Shown: positions 40,622-50,449, counted from the first letter of the stretch. The stretch is 64,000 nt of DNA from Gemmatimonas sp. (GCA_965279375.1 OZ257156.1:1152001-1216000), one strand, 5' to 3'. Notes: a model not told the origin generated them from the letters alone. Translations and numbers: made by a program.

Positions 40622-42307
40622 ATGCCACGACTCCCGCGTCTGCTCCGGATCACGCGCACCCAACGCCGCTGCACCCTGCGCGACGTCGCGCGGCTTGGCA
40701 CAACTCTGCTCAGCGCCACCACGCTCGTCGTCGCTCGTCCGGTTTCCGCACAACAACCGGCGCCCGCACGCACGTCCAACGTACGCACCATCGATCTCGA
40801 CGCCGCCACCATCGCCGAGATCAACGCCGCGTTCGATGCGGGCACACTCACCGCAGAGCAGCTGGTCACGCGCTATCTCGCGCGCATCGCCGCGTACGAT
40901 GCACAGGGCCCGCGCATTCACGCGGTCATGACACTCAACCCCTCCGCGCTGCAAACCGCGCGCGCCCTCGACATCGAACGTCGCACCAAGGGTCGACGCT
41001 CGCCGCTGCACGGCATCCCCATCGTGCTCAAGGACAACTTCGACACGCGCGACCTTCCCACCACGGGCGGTTCCATTCTGCTCGAAGGCTATCGCCCCAC
41101 GCGCGATGCCACGGTCGTCCAGAAGCTGCGCGATGCCGGCGCGATCATCCTCGCCAAGGTGAACTTGTCCGAGTTTGCCTCCGGAGGCACCTACAGCTCG
41201 CTCGGCGGACAGACGCTCAACCCGCACAACCTCGACTACAGCCCCTCCGGTTCTTCCGGTGGCACCGGCGCCGCCATCGCCTCGGCCTTCGCGCAATTCG
41301 GACTCGGCACCGACACCGGCGGCAGCATCCGCGGCCCTGCCACAGCCAACGGCATCGCTGCACTCAAGCCCACACACGGACTGCTCAGCCGAAGCGGCAT
41401 CATTCCACTCGCGCTCTCGTTCGATACCGGTGGACCCATGGCACGCTCCGTCACCGACATCGCCATTGCGTTGGGCGTGATGACGGGGCTCGACAGCGCT
41501 GATGCCGCCACGCAGAAGAGCAACGGTCACGTGGAGCATGACTACACACGCTACCTGCAGCCCAACGCGCTCGCCGGCGCGCGCATCGGCATCGCACGCG
41601 ACTTCACCGGTTTCGATACGGATGTTGACTGGATCGTCGAAGCATCGCTCGACGCGATGCGCAAAGCCGGCGCCACCATCATCGACGTGCGCTTCCCCAA
41701 GTGGATGCTCGACGCGAAAGGCGGCTGGTATCTCGCCATGCGCAATCCGGAGTTCCCCGCGCAGATCGCCGACTATCTGCGCAACACACCGGCGCAGTAT
41801 CCCAAGACGCTCGCGCAGATGATCGAGCGCACGCGCACCTTGCCGTCACTGGGCACCAACGGCAGCGGACCCAACACGTCGCGCTGGACACGATTCGTCG
41901 GAGAACTCGCCAGCGGCACCACCAGCGACTACCGGTACGTTTCTGTGCGCGATCACGCACTCCCGATGATGCGCGACATCGTCAACGGTATGCTCGCCGC
42001 CGACAGACTCGACGCCATCGTCTATCCCACGGCGTCGATCAAGCCTCAGCGCATCGATGGCCTGACGACCAGCAGCACCGCCGGCCCCGATGCCACCAAC
42101 ATCGCCAACCTCACCGGCTTCCCCGATCTCATCGTGCCCGCAGGCTTCACCGATGGTCGGCTGCCGGTCGGCCTCTCCTTCCTAGGCGCCGCCTGGAGCG
42201 AGCCTCGCCTGCTCGCACTCGGCTACAGCTTCGAGCAACGCGTCAACGCACGTCGCCGCCCGGTACACACGCCGGCGCTCGCGTCGGAATCGATCGTGCT
42301 GAAGTAG
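40622..42307 (+). CDS. Secreted amidase-signature enzyme
   Basis: Signal peptide; LHGIPIVLKDN, SGSSGG and GTDTGGSIRGP motifs. Confidence 0.92.
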   Translation: MPRLPRLLRITRTQRRCTLRDVARLGTTLLSATTLVVARPVSAQQPAPARTSNVRTIDLDAATIAEINAAFDAGTLTAEQLVTRYLARIAAYDAQGPRIHAVMTLNPSALQTARALDIERRTKGRRSPLHGIPIVLKDNFDTRDLPTTGGSILLEGYRPTRDATVVQKLRDAGAIILAKVNLSEFASGGTYSSLGGQTLNPHNLDYSPSGSSGGTGAAIASAFAQFGLGTDTGGSIRGPATANGIAALKPTHGLLSRSGIIPLALSFDTGGPMARSVTDIAIALGVMTGLDSADAATQKSNGHVEHDYTRYLQPNALAGARIGIARDFTGFDTDVDWIVEASLDAMRKAGATIIDVRFPKWMLDAKGGWYLAMRNPEFPAQIADYLRNTPAQYPKTLAQMIERTRTLPSLGTNGSGPNTSRWTRFVGELASGTTSDYRYVSVRDHALPMMRDIVNGMLAADRLDAIVYPTASIKPQRIDGLTTSSTAGPDATNIANLTGFPDLIVPAGFTDGRLPVGLSFLGAAWSEPRLLALGYSFEQRVNARRRPVHTPALASESIVLK

Positions 42308-42345
42308 CGCAGGCCAACGCGCGCACGTCAGCGCGTGCGACGCAA

Positions 42346-43797
42346 TTACTTGCCGATGCAGAACTCGCGAAACAGCACGTCCAGCACATCGTCGGTGCCC
42401 ACCGCACCGATCACGCTGCCCAGTGCATCGCGCGCACCCTGCAAATGCACAGCAATCACCGTCGGTGGCAAGGCACCACCGCGCCACGCGTCGAGAAACG
42501 CCGCGATCTCGGCGCGCGCCTCGGCCACACCCGCGCGCTGACGTTCACGCGTCAGCATCACCGTCTCCACACCACCGTCGTTGGGTATAGCCTCGTCCTG
42601 AAGCCGCGCAGCCAGCGTTTCGTCGATGCGCGTGAGCAGCGCCGAAAGCCCGGCACCGGTTTCGGCACTCACCGCTGATAGGTGCTTGTACGCGCCTGAC
42701 GAGTCGTGTGAAGACTCGTGTTCGGGCTGCAGGTCGATCTTGGTATGCACCGCGATCACCCGCGCACTCGTGTGCGCCGCGACCACGTCGACGGTTGTCT
42801 GCACGTCACGCGCCGATGCGCCGCACGCCAGCACGATCTGTGCGTTTGCCAGGTAGCGCGTGCTCACCTCGATGCCTAGTCGCTCGATCTCGTCGGTGGT
42901 GTCTCGAAGCCCCGCCGTATCCACAAATCGCAACGGCGTCGGGCGCCGATCCAACACCGCCTCGATGGCGTCGCGCGTGGTACCAGCGATCGGTGTGACC
43001 AGTGCGCGCGACTCGCCAAGTAGCGCGTTGAAGAGCGACGACTTTCCGGCGTTTGGCGGACCTGCGATCACCACCAACGCACCATCACGCAACAGCGCAG
43101 CGCGCGGCGCCGTCGCCAGCAATGCGTCGAGCGAGTCGAGCAGTGCCTCCGCGCTCTGCGTGACGCGCTCCGGCGCGATCGGTCCGTCGTCCTCGCCAGG
43201 GAAATCGATGTCGTAGGCGATCAGCGCCTCCAGCATCAGCATCTCGTCGCGCAACGCAGCAAAACGACGCGACAATCCACCATCCAGCTGCGACAGCGCC
43301 TGTGCCTGCATCGCCACCGATCGCGCGTCGATCAGATCCGCCACTGCTTCCGCCTGCACCAAGTCCATTCGGCCGTTCACGACAGCACGACGTGTGAACT
43401 CGCCTGGCAGCGCCATACGCGCGCCCGCTGCCACGCATGCCGCCAATACCGTCGCCGGCACCACGCGCCCACCGTGCGTGCTCAGCTCGAGCAGATCTTC
43501 ACCGGTGTACGAGCGCGGCGCGCCAAACCACGTCGCGATCGCATCGTCGATCGGTGTGCCATCGACGGGATGGCGCAGCGTCACGCGCGTTGCAGACCGT
43601 GCCGACAACGCGCCAATTCCCAGCGCGTCGGCAATCTGCCGCGCGCGCGCTCCGCTGACGCGAATCGTCGCCAGCGCACCGCGACCGATCGTGGTCGCGA
43701 TCGCCGCGATCGTATCGGCACCATCTGCAAGCAACGACGCGCTGCGCGGCAAAGCCGGCAGCGCGTCATCAGCGTCATTCATCGCGAACTCAGGCAT
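42346..43797 (-). CDS. mnmE: tRNA modification GTPase MnmE
   Basis: DTIAAIAT, SYTGED, GPPNAGKSS, GTTRD, DTAG and terminal FCIGK. Confidence 0.97.
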   Translation of the reverse strand: MPEFAMNDADDALPALPRSASLLADGADTIAAIATTIGRGALATIRVSGARARQIADALGIGALSARSATRVTLRHPVDGTPIDDAIATWFGAPRSYTGEDLLELSTHGGRVVPATVLAACVAAGARMALPGEFTRRAVVNGRMDLVQAEAVADLIDARSVAMQAQALSQLDGGLSRRFAALRDEMLMLEALIAYDIDFPGEDDGPIAPERVTQSAEALLDSLDALLATAPRAALLRDGALVVIAGPPNAGKSSLFNALLGESRALVTPIAGTTRDAIEAVLDRRPTPLRFVDTAGLRDTTDEIERLGIEVSTRYLANAQIVLACGASARDVQTTVDVVAAHTSARVIAVHTKIDLQPEHESSHDSSGAYKHLSAVSAETGAGLSALLTRIDETLAARLQDEAIPNDGGVETVMLTRERQRAGVAEARAEIAAFLDAWRGGALPPTVIAVHLQGARDALGSVIGAVGTDDVLDVLFREFCIGK

Positions 43798-43814
43798 CGC
43801 CCGCCTGCACGCTG

Positions 43815-45530
43815 CTATCCCTGCACCAACGGCGTGATCTTTCCGCGCTCACGCGCGATCAGCCACTGCTGCGGCAGCGACGCAAGGTTCTGCACGAGAT
43901 AGTACAGGTTGAGGCCCGCGGCCATGTTCAGGAAGATGAAGAGCATCATCGCCGGCATCATGTACATCATGATCTTCTGCTGCTCGTTCGCCTTCACGCC
44001 CTTCATGCCGATCCACGACAAGCCAATCGCCGTGATCGCCACCAGAATGGGCAGGACGTAGAAGGGATCCTTGATCGAGATGTCGGACAGCCACATGAAC
44101 GAGACGCCGCGGAACTCGATGGTGTTCTGGAAGACGAAGAACAGGGCGAAGAAGACCGGCAGTGGCACCAGCATCGGCAAGCATCCCGACAGCGAGCTGA
44201 GTGGGCTCATGCCGTGCTGCTTGTACACCTCCATCATCGCGGCCTGCAGCTTCTGCGGGTCGCCCTTGTATTTGGTCTGGATCGCCTGCAACTCGGGCTG
44301 AATGCGCTGCATCGCCATCGAGCTGCGCATCGCGCGCTGGTTGAGCGGCCAAAGGACAATGCGCACGGCAATGCCGAACAGCACCAGAATCCAGCCGTAC
44401 GACAATCCCAGCGATGCCTTCATCAACAACAGCAACTTGATGACGAGCGTCGCAAAGGGCTGAACGACACCCTGCAGCCATCCGCCATACGGGTTGGACG
44501 TTTCGAACTCACGTCCGACCGCCACCAGTCGCGAGAACTCCTGCGGACCGGCGTACAGCTCGAAGTTCGCGGAGCCGGCCTTGAGCGGTGCGATCACCGT
44601 CGCCTGTGCACGCGTGGCGACTTTGCCGGTCCGCACACCGCCCGCAAAATCCACCTCGGCGAAGCCGGGCTGGCCAGCGGGCGTCAGCAGACCTACGAGG
44701 AAGTACTTGTTCTTCGCGACCACCCACGTCAGCGGTCCGGTGGCGATTTCGCGCTCTCCCGGATCCATCGAGCCGAACGTCACACCCTTCGCGCTCTGCT
44801 TTTCGGGCTTGTAGGCGTACGCGAGATGATTCGCATCTTCCAGCGTATCCGCTTCGGACGAACGAAAGCCGGGCGGCAGATCGACGAGCAGGAAGCTGCT
44901 GGCCGACTCCCCACCCACCTGCGCCGCGATGTTCACGCGGTAGCTGTCCGGCGCAAACGAATACGTGATGCTGATGGGGCGCGAGGCCACGGTCGCCTCG
45001 TAGCGCACGATGGAGCGACCGTTTTCGGTGCTCTGCGTCGTCGTGAACCGCTCCTTGTCGAGGCGCACGGTGTCGCCCGGCAGCACGAGGCGGAACGACA
45101 GCAACCGATCGGCGGCCGAGGCCAACTCGACAGCGCCGCCCTTGGTGCGACCGCGATCCTTGAGCGTCGGATACTGCGTCAGCTCGGCACCGATCAACGA
45201 CGCGCCCAGGTTGGACGTGCGATACACGGCACGCGCGGTCTTCACAGAGGTGGTGTCCACGCTCTGCGCGACAGGCTGTGCGGCCGCAGCGGCGTCGGGC
45301 GTCGCGCCGATCGCGGCCGTTGCAGTCGGCGCGGCGCCCGCAGTCGCCGGCGTCTGTGCGGCAGCCGCCACGGCAGGCGTGGTGGTTGACGCGCTGTCCG
45401 TGCGCGAGAGCGAGTCGGTCACGACCACGCCTGACCCCGGCGCCGGCTTCGGCGTGGGAAACAGGAGCGGAGTAACGACAAGGACGGCGGCCATCAGAGC
45501 GACGGCCAAGGCAATGCGGCGTGGTTCCAT
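43815..45530 (-). CDS. yidC: Membrane protein insertase YidC
   Basis: YAGP, QPEL...KY, GCLPML and WLSD...DP motifs; canonical synteny. Confidence 0.96.
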   Translation of the reverse strand: MEPRRIALAVALMAAVLVVTPLLFPTPKPAPGSGVVVTDSLSRTDSASTTTPAVAAAAQTPATAGAAPTATAAIGATPDAAAAAQPVAQSVDTTSVKTARAVYRTSNLGASLIGAELTQYPTLKDRGRTKGGAVELASAADRLLSFRLVLPGDTVRLDKERFTTTQSTENGRSIVRYEATVASRPISITYSFAPDSYRVNIAAQVGGESASSFLLVDLPPGFRSSEADTLEDANHLAYAYKPEKQSAKGVTFGSMDPGEREIATGPLTWVVAKNKYFLVGLLTPAGQPGFAEVDFAGGVRTGKVATRAQATVIAPLKAGSANFELYAGPQEFSRLVAVGREFETSNPYGGWLQGVVQPFATLVIKLLLLMKASLGLSYGWILVLFGIAVRIVLWPLNQRAMRSSMAMQRIQPELQAIQTKYKGDPQKLQAAMMEVYKQHGMSPLSSLSGCLPMLVPLPVFFALFFVFQNTIEFRGVSFMWLSDISIKDPFYVLPILVAITAIGLSWIGMKGVKANEQQKIMMYMMPAMMLFIFLNMAAGLNLYYLVQNLASLPQQWLIARERGKITPLVQG

Positions 45531-45581
45531 GAGTCGAAAGAGGTACGCCGAGGGCTGCTCGATCGCGCGACAACCGCGCGC

Positions 45582-45887
45582 TCAAGGGACCGGGTCGAAG
45601 CCCCCGGGCCGGAAAGGATGGCAGCGCCCGATACGACGAAGGGCCAGCCATCCGCCGCGCATCGCACCATGGCGCTCGAGCGCCTCGATCGCGTACGCGG
45701 AACAGGAAGGATAATAACGGCACGCTCCCCCGAAGATGGGAGAGAGTGTCACCTGATATCCGCGAACGGCGAGGATCAGGAGTGTGCGCGGCAGCTGTGC
45801 GACCGAACGGGCGACGAAGCGCACACCAGATGGCGCGCCAACGGAGGCACGGGTAAGGTCGCGGGAAGACAGCCGGGCAGATGACAC
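45582..45887 (-). CDS. yidD: Membrane protein insertion efficiency factor
   Basis: [10 protein letters not shown] and RCHPF..GGFDPVP motifs. Confidence 0.95.
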   Translation of the reverse strand: MSSARLSSRDLTRASVGAPSGVRFVARSVAQLPRTLLILAVRGYQVTLSPIFGGACRYYPSCSAYAIEALERHGAMRGGWLALRRIGRCHPFRPGGFDPVP

Positions 45888-45895
45888 GAGCAGCC

Positions 45896-46255
45896 CTACG
45901 GTGCGCGACGCGGTGTGGTGTCGTCCGACATCGAGGGCAGGGAAGCGTGCGCTAACGTGCGCGCCACCTGCAGCACTTCCTCGCGCAGCACATCGAAGTC
46001 GCGCGTGTATGCGACCGGCGCGACGCGCAGCACGACATCCATGGGACGCAACGTGGGAAGCAGTTCGAGGCGCACGAGTTCCCTCAGGCGACGCTTGAGT
46101 CGATTGCGGTCGACGCCCGAATGTTTGTACTTCGGGATGACGAAGCCGACCCGTGGAAACACACGAAGGGAAGCGACGGCGCGCACATCCATCGAGGCCG
46201 TGCGCACCCGCTTCCCTTGATGTCGAACCCGCTCGAGTTCGGTCCCGCGTGTCAG
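45896..46255 (-). CDS. rnpA: Ribonuclease P protein component (start non-canonical or uncertain; CTG at 46255 shown)
   Basis: RVGFVIPK...[12 protein letters not shown] motif; conserved FPR..RL N-terminus lies in frame at 46273. Confidence 0.92.
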   Translation of the reverse strand: MTRGTELERVRHQGKRVRTASMDVRAVASLRVFPRVGFVIPKYKHSGVDRNRLKRRLRELVRLELLPTLRPMDVVLRVAPVAYTRDFDVLREEVLQVARTLAHASLPSMSDDTTPRRAP

Positions 46256-46283
46256 CCGTTGCGCACGCGGGAACGAACGAGAC

Positions 46284-46448
46284 TCAGACGCCCGCGTACT
46301 TCGAGGGGATCTGCACGGTGAGACGCTTGCGCCCCTTCTTGCGGCGGCGGCTCAGAACGGCGCGACCCCACTTGTCTTCCATGCGCAGCCGGAAGCCATG
46401 CTTGCGGAGACGCTTGATGTTGCGGGGGTTGTACGTGGGCTTGCCCAT
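46284..46448 (-). CDS. rpmH: 50S ribosomal protein L34
   Basis: KPTYNP...HGFR.RM...GR.VL.RRR.KGRKRL; ATG at 46448. Confidence 0.97.
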   Translation of the reverse strand: MGKPTYNPRNIKRLRKHGFRLRMEDKWGRAVLSRRRKKGRKRLTVQIPSKYAGV

Positions 46449-46566
46449 AAGAATCTCGTGCGGTGACTGGCGATTGCAGCCGGAACACTGGTCGCACCCG
46501 GGGTGCGACACACCATCATCGGCAGACTTGAAACGAACGTAGAAACGGCGGAAGGTGCAGCCTCGC

Positions 46567-46596
46567 AACTTACGCTCGGCTATGGCTTTCGGTCAA
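46567..46596 (-). promoter_or_regulatory. sigma70-type promoter of the rpmH operon
   Basis: TTGACC-N18-TAAGTT. Confidence 0.6.
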
Positions 46597-46647
46597 GGTC
46601 AATCACGTCTCTTGCCCCCACTCACGAACCCACAGCGAGTCACGCAA

Positions 46648-46677
46648 TTGACTTATCCACATCCGGAGCGGTAGCTT
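46648..46677 (+). promoter_or_regulatory. dnaA promoter with an overlapping perfect DnaA box
   Basis: TTGACT-N18-TAGCTT; TTATCCACA at 46653-46661. Confidence 0.75.
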
Positions 46678-46742
46678 CGCCCCCCCGAGTCGGCCTCGCA
46701 CGTTGCGATATACCGACCGGTCACCGCCATCCGCCCCACTGA

Positions 46743-48161
46743 ATGTCGCTCTCGCCCGCCGAACTCTGGGATCGCCTGCGCCAGCGCGCGCGCCAGGTGC
46801 TGCCGGAGCAGACGTACCGCACGTGGCTCGAGCCGACAGAAGCACTGGCAGTGGAGGGCGACACGCTGATGGTGGGCTCTCCGGACCAGTTCTCCGCCGA
46901 CTGGAACGAGTCCAAGCACGCCGACCTGCTCGCCAGCTTCAGCCCGGTCGCACTGGGCCATCCCCTCAAAGTCCGCTTCAAAGTCCACGAGGAACGCGTC
47001 GGTCGCGTCCAGATGGACATGTTCGTCGCGCCTCCGCCAGCGCCAGTTGTCGCGACACCAAAGCAGCAGCAATCGCGTATATCGACGCCACTTAACCCGA
47101 GATACACGTTCGACCAGTTCGTCATCGGTAAGTCCAACGACGTCGCCGCTGCCGCCGCACAGGCCGCCGCCCAGGCACCCGGCAAAGTCTACAACCCGCT
47201 CTTCATCTACGGCGAAACCGGACTCGGCAAAACGCACCTCATGCAAGGCATCGCCCATGAGCTGCTCCGCCGAACCCCAACCCTCCGACTCGCCTACGTC
47301 GGCACCGAGCAGTTCACCAATGAGTTCGTCTCGGCCATCCAGACCGGCCAGATGGGGGACTTCCGACGCCGCTTCCGCGAAATCGACCTGCTCCTGGTCG
47401 ACGACGTCCAGTTCCTGAAGGGGAAGGAATCCACGCAGGAAGAATTCTTCCACACCTTCAACGCCATCTATGAGGCTGGACGGCAGATCGTCCTCACCTC
47501 CGATCGGCCGCCCAAAGAGATCCCGGGACTCGAATCCCGCCTCGTCTCGCGGTTCGAATGGGGCATGGTCGCCAACATCGACGCCCCAGACCTCGAACAC
47601 CGCATCGCCATCCTGAAGAAGAAGGCGAGCCTCGATCACCTCGAGCTCACCATCCCCGACGAAGTCATCGAGTTCATCGCGCAACACGTGAAGTCCTCCG
47701 TGCGCGAACTCGAAGGCTCGATCATCAAGCTGCTGGCCTACGCGTCACTCAAGCACCGCGACATTTCCGTCGACCTCGCCCGCGAAGCGCTCCGCGACAA
47801 ACTCCGCGGCAGCGCCAGCTCCGAATTCCCGGAAATCCCCCCCACCTCCATCACGGTCGCCACCATCCAGCAGGTGGTCTCCCGCGAGTGGGGCGTCACC
47901 CCCGACGGCCTGCGCTCCAAAACCCGCACCAAACAGCTCACAGGGCCCCGCCAGGTCGCGATGTACCTCTGTCGCGAACTCCTCGCCCTGCAGCTCGTCG
48001 AAATCGGCAACGCATTCGGTGGACGCGACCACTCCACGGTCATTCATTCGCTCGATCGCGTCGCCGAAGACATGGCCGGCGAACCCGGTTTTGCCGACCG
48101 CGTACTCAAGGTGCGAGGCATGTTGGAAACCCTGCGGACAACTGGACAACTGGGCACCTGA
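46743..48161 (+). CDS. dnaA: Chromosomal replication initiator DnaA
   Basis: YNPLFIYGETGLGKTHL, LLVDDVQF, QEEFFHTFN, SVRELEG and GGRDHSTV motifs. Confidence 0.99.
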   Translation: MSLSPAELWDRLRQRARQVLPEQTYRTWLEPTEALAVEGDTLMVGSPDQFSADWNESKHADLLASFSPVALGHPLKVRFKVHEERVGRVQMDMFVAPPPAPVVATPKQQQSRISTPLNPRYTFDQFVIGKSNDVAAAAAQAAAQAPGKVYNPLFIYGETGLGKTHLMQGIAHELLRRTPTLRLAYVGTEQFTNEFVSAIQTGQMGDFRRRFREIDLLLVDDVQFLKGKESTQEEFFHTFNAIYEAGRQIVLTSDRPPKEIPGLESRLVSRFEWGMVANIDAPDLEHRIAILKKKASLDHLELTIPDEVIEFIAQHVKSSVRELEGSIIKLLAYASLKHRDISVDLAREALRDKLRGSASSEFPEIPPTSITVATIQQVVSREWGVTPDGLRSKTRTKQLTGPRQVAMYLCRELLALQLVEIGNAFGGRDHSTVIHSLDRVAEDMAGEPGFADRVLKVRGMLETLRTTGQLGT

Positions 48162-48394
48162 GTCCCCACTCCCCCACATCACTCCACAGTCGAGCACCTC
48201 GCTCAAGTGGATCAGTGGTGAGTCCCGCCCGCAGTGAACATCGAATGCACATGATCAGACGTGGCGAAAGTTCTTCGCCCAGCGTAGGTTGCACCGCTTG
48301 TAGACAAGTCCACACGCCCTACTGCTACTACCTGTTTTTTATCTAAGAGTACTTCTAACAGCAGTCACTCCACAGAACGGGCAGAAACACCCGC
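48162..48394. other. Probable oriC unwinding region
   Basis: Several degenerate DnaA boxes; opposed boxes TGTAGACAA/AAGTCCACA (48299-48314), then CGCCC, DnaA-trio-like TACTGCTACTAC (48320-48331) and an AT-rich tract (48333-48360). Confidence 0.8.
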
Positions 48395-49507
48395 ATGCGC
48401 TTCACGATCTCGCGCGAGAAACTCCTCGAAGGACTTCAGGCGGTCACGCCAGCCGTCCCGGCCAAGACCACCCTCCCGGTCCTGTCGAACCTGCTCGTCG
48501 AAACGACGGAGCGGGGCATTCGCCTGTCGGCCACCGACCTCGATATCGCCGTCAGCACGGAAGTTGTGGCCGATGTCGAAACCGCCGGCGCCATCACGAT
48601 CCCCGCCAAGAAGCTCAGCGAGATCGTGCGCGAACTGCCGCCATCACCGGTCAAACTCAGCGCCACCGGCGAACAGCGCATCTCGCTCGAGTGCGGACGC
48701 TCCAAGTTCAAGCTGCTCGGACTGCCGCGTGACGAGTTCCCCACGTTCCCCAGCGTCCGCTTCCAGGACGCGTGGCGCGTGAAGTCGGGTGAGCTGCAAA
48801 AGCTCATTCACCACACCGCGTTCGCCGTCAGCACCGAAGAGTCACGCCCGATCCTGAACGGCGTCCTCTGGGAATTGCGCGACGACAAGATGCGCATGGT
48901 CGCGACCAACGGGCATCGCTTGGCGAAGATGGAGGTGCCGGTAGATGGCAGCACAGCGCCCTCCAGCGACCTCATTGTGCCACCAAAAGCCCTCGAACAG
49001 ATCCGACGCCTGTTCCCGGCCGAAGAAGAGCTGGAAATCGCTCGTGGCGACAACCACCTGGGCTTCCGCTCGCCGTTCACCTCGGTGTTCACCCGCCTCG
49101 TCGAAGGGCCGTATCCCAACTACGAGCAGGTCATCCCGAAGGACAACGATCGCTACTGCCTCGCCGACAAAGCCGCGCTCACCAGCGCGCTCAAGCGCAT
49201 GTCGGTCATCGCGTCCGATCAGACGCACCGCATCAAGATGTCGTTCAACTCCGGCATGCTGAAGTTCAGCGTCACCACGCCGGACCTGGGCGAAGCACAG
49301 GACGAACTCCCGGTGCAGTACACCGGCGATCAGCTGGACATCGGCTTCAATGCCACCTACCTGCTCGAAATCCTGCGCTACATGCCCACCGAGCAGATCC
49401 GCCTCACCTTCAAGGCTCCGGAACGCGCTGCGACCATCGAACCCGAAGGCTGGGACGATGCCAGCAAGTATCTCTGCCTGGTGATGCCGCTCCGCTTGAT
49501 GGACTGA
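48395..49507 (+). CDS. dnaN: DNA polymerase III beta sliding clamp
   Basis: LSATDL, SRPILNGV, VATNGHRL, YPNYEQVIP and LVMPLR motifs. Confidence 0.98.
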   Translation: MRFTISREKLLEGLQAVTPAVPAKTTLPVLSNLLVETTERGIRLSATDLDIAVSTEVVADVETAGAITIPAKKLSEIVRELPPSPVKLSATGEQRISLECGRSKFKLLGLPRDEFPTFPSVRFQDAWRVKSGELQKLIHHTAFAVSTEESRPILNGVLWELRDDKMRMVATNGHRLAKMEVPVDGSTAPSSDLIVPPKALEQIRRLFPAEEELEIARGDNHLGFRSPFTSVFTRLVEGPYPNYEQVIPKDNDRYCLADKAALTSALKRMSVIASDQTHRIKMSFNSGMLKFSVTTPDLGEAQDELPVQYTGDQLDIGFNATYLLEILRYMPTEQIRLTFKAPERAATIEPEGWDDASKYLCLVMPLRLMD

Positions 49508-49543
49508 GATCTCACGTCGTCACGGGCGATCGATCACGCGTAG

Positions 49544-50449
49544 TCAGCGAAGATTGGTCGCCCGGACCGTGAGCTGTTGCACCACCCGCTGCATGCGCGG
49601 CGTGCCACGACTGCGATCGGTGAGCTGCAAGGTCAGCGTCCCCTCGCCCTCCAGCTGCAGCAACGCGCCCGAGGTGGCATCCACCCGCACCTCGTCGCTC
49701 CCGGTACCACTCCCCGTGAGCTCGAGCGCGCGCCATGCCGACGCCAACTTGCCCTCCATGCGCGTGCTCGTCTGACGACGCACGGTCACCGTCGCGCCGG
49801 ACGCACCCTGCTCGATGCGACGCGCCTCGTACTCGCTTTGCGTGCGCACGGTGATCGGAATGCCCACGCGACAGACAATGCTCACGGTGCTGTCGCGCCA
49901 GCGATCACCCTCCGACAGCGTTGCCGGAATGCGCACGACGAGATCGCGCACCAACGCCGTCGCACCCGCCTCCGGTCGGTCGCACTCGTTCGCCAACGGG
50001 GGACGCGTTGCCACCAACAGACGCAGACCATCGAGGACCGCGTCGAAGGAGACAGGGCCTAACGGCGCGGGCGCTGCTGCCGACGACGCTCCAGGCGCGG
50101 ACACGCCCGCAACCTCCACACGTACTGCGAACGAGTCCACACGTCCACTGCTGCGGAGAGCACCGTCCGCCGTGCGCTGGAGCGACATGCTGACGAGGCC
50201 GCGACTCTCCACGCGCTGCTCGTCCTTGCGACCAGCGCTGTCACGCTGCACGCGCGCACTCACGCGGACGTCGTACTGTCGCGTGGCGACTGCGGCGGCG
50301 ATGGCGACACGCGGCGCTGCGATCACGACCGGTGGCGGCGTTTCCGGACGCGGCGTCGGCATGGGTACCGGCGCGGGCGCAGGGGGCGCACCACACGCCA
50401 CGACAGCCACGCATGCACCGACGAGCACGCGCGATGTCGCGGCGGACAT
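49544..50449 (-). CDS. Hypothetical beta-rich lipoprotein
   Basis: Lipobox-like VVAC, Pro-rich linker, beta-strand pattern; start trimmed to ATG 50449. Confidence 0.65.
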   Translation of the reverse strand: MSAATSRVLVGACVAVVACGAPPAPAPVPMPTPRPETPPPVVIAAPRVAIAAAVATRQYDVRVSARVQRDSAGRKDEQRVESRGLVSMSLQRTADGALRSSGRVDSFAVRVEVAGVSAPGASSAAAPAPLGPVSFDAVLDGLRLLVATRPPLANECDRPEAGATALVRDLVVRIPATLSEGDRWRDSTVSIVCRVGIPITVRTQSEYEARRIEQGASGATVTVRRQTSTRMEGKLASAWRALELTGSGTGSDEVRVDATSGALLQLEGEGTLTLQLTDRSRGTPRMQRVVQQLTVRATNLR

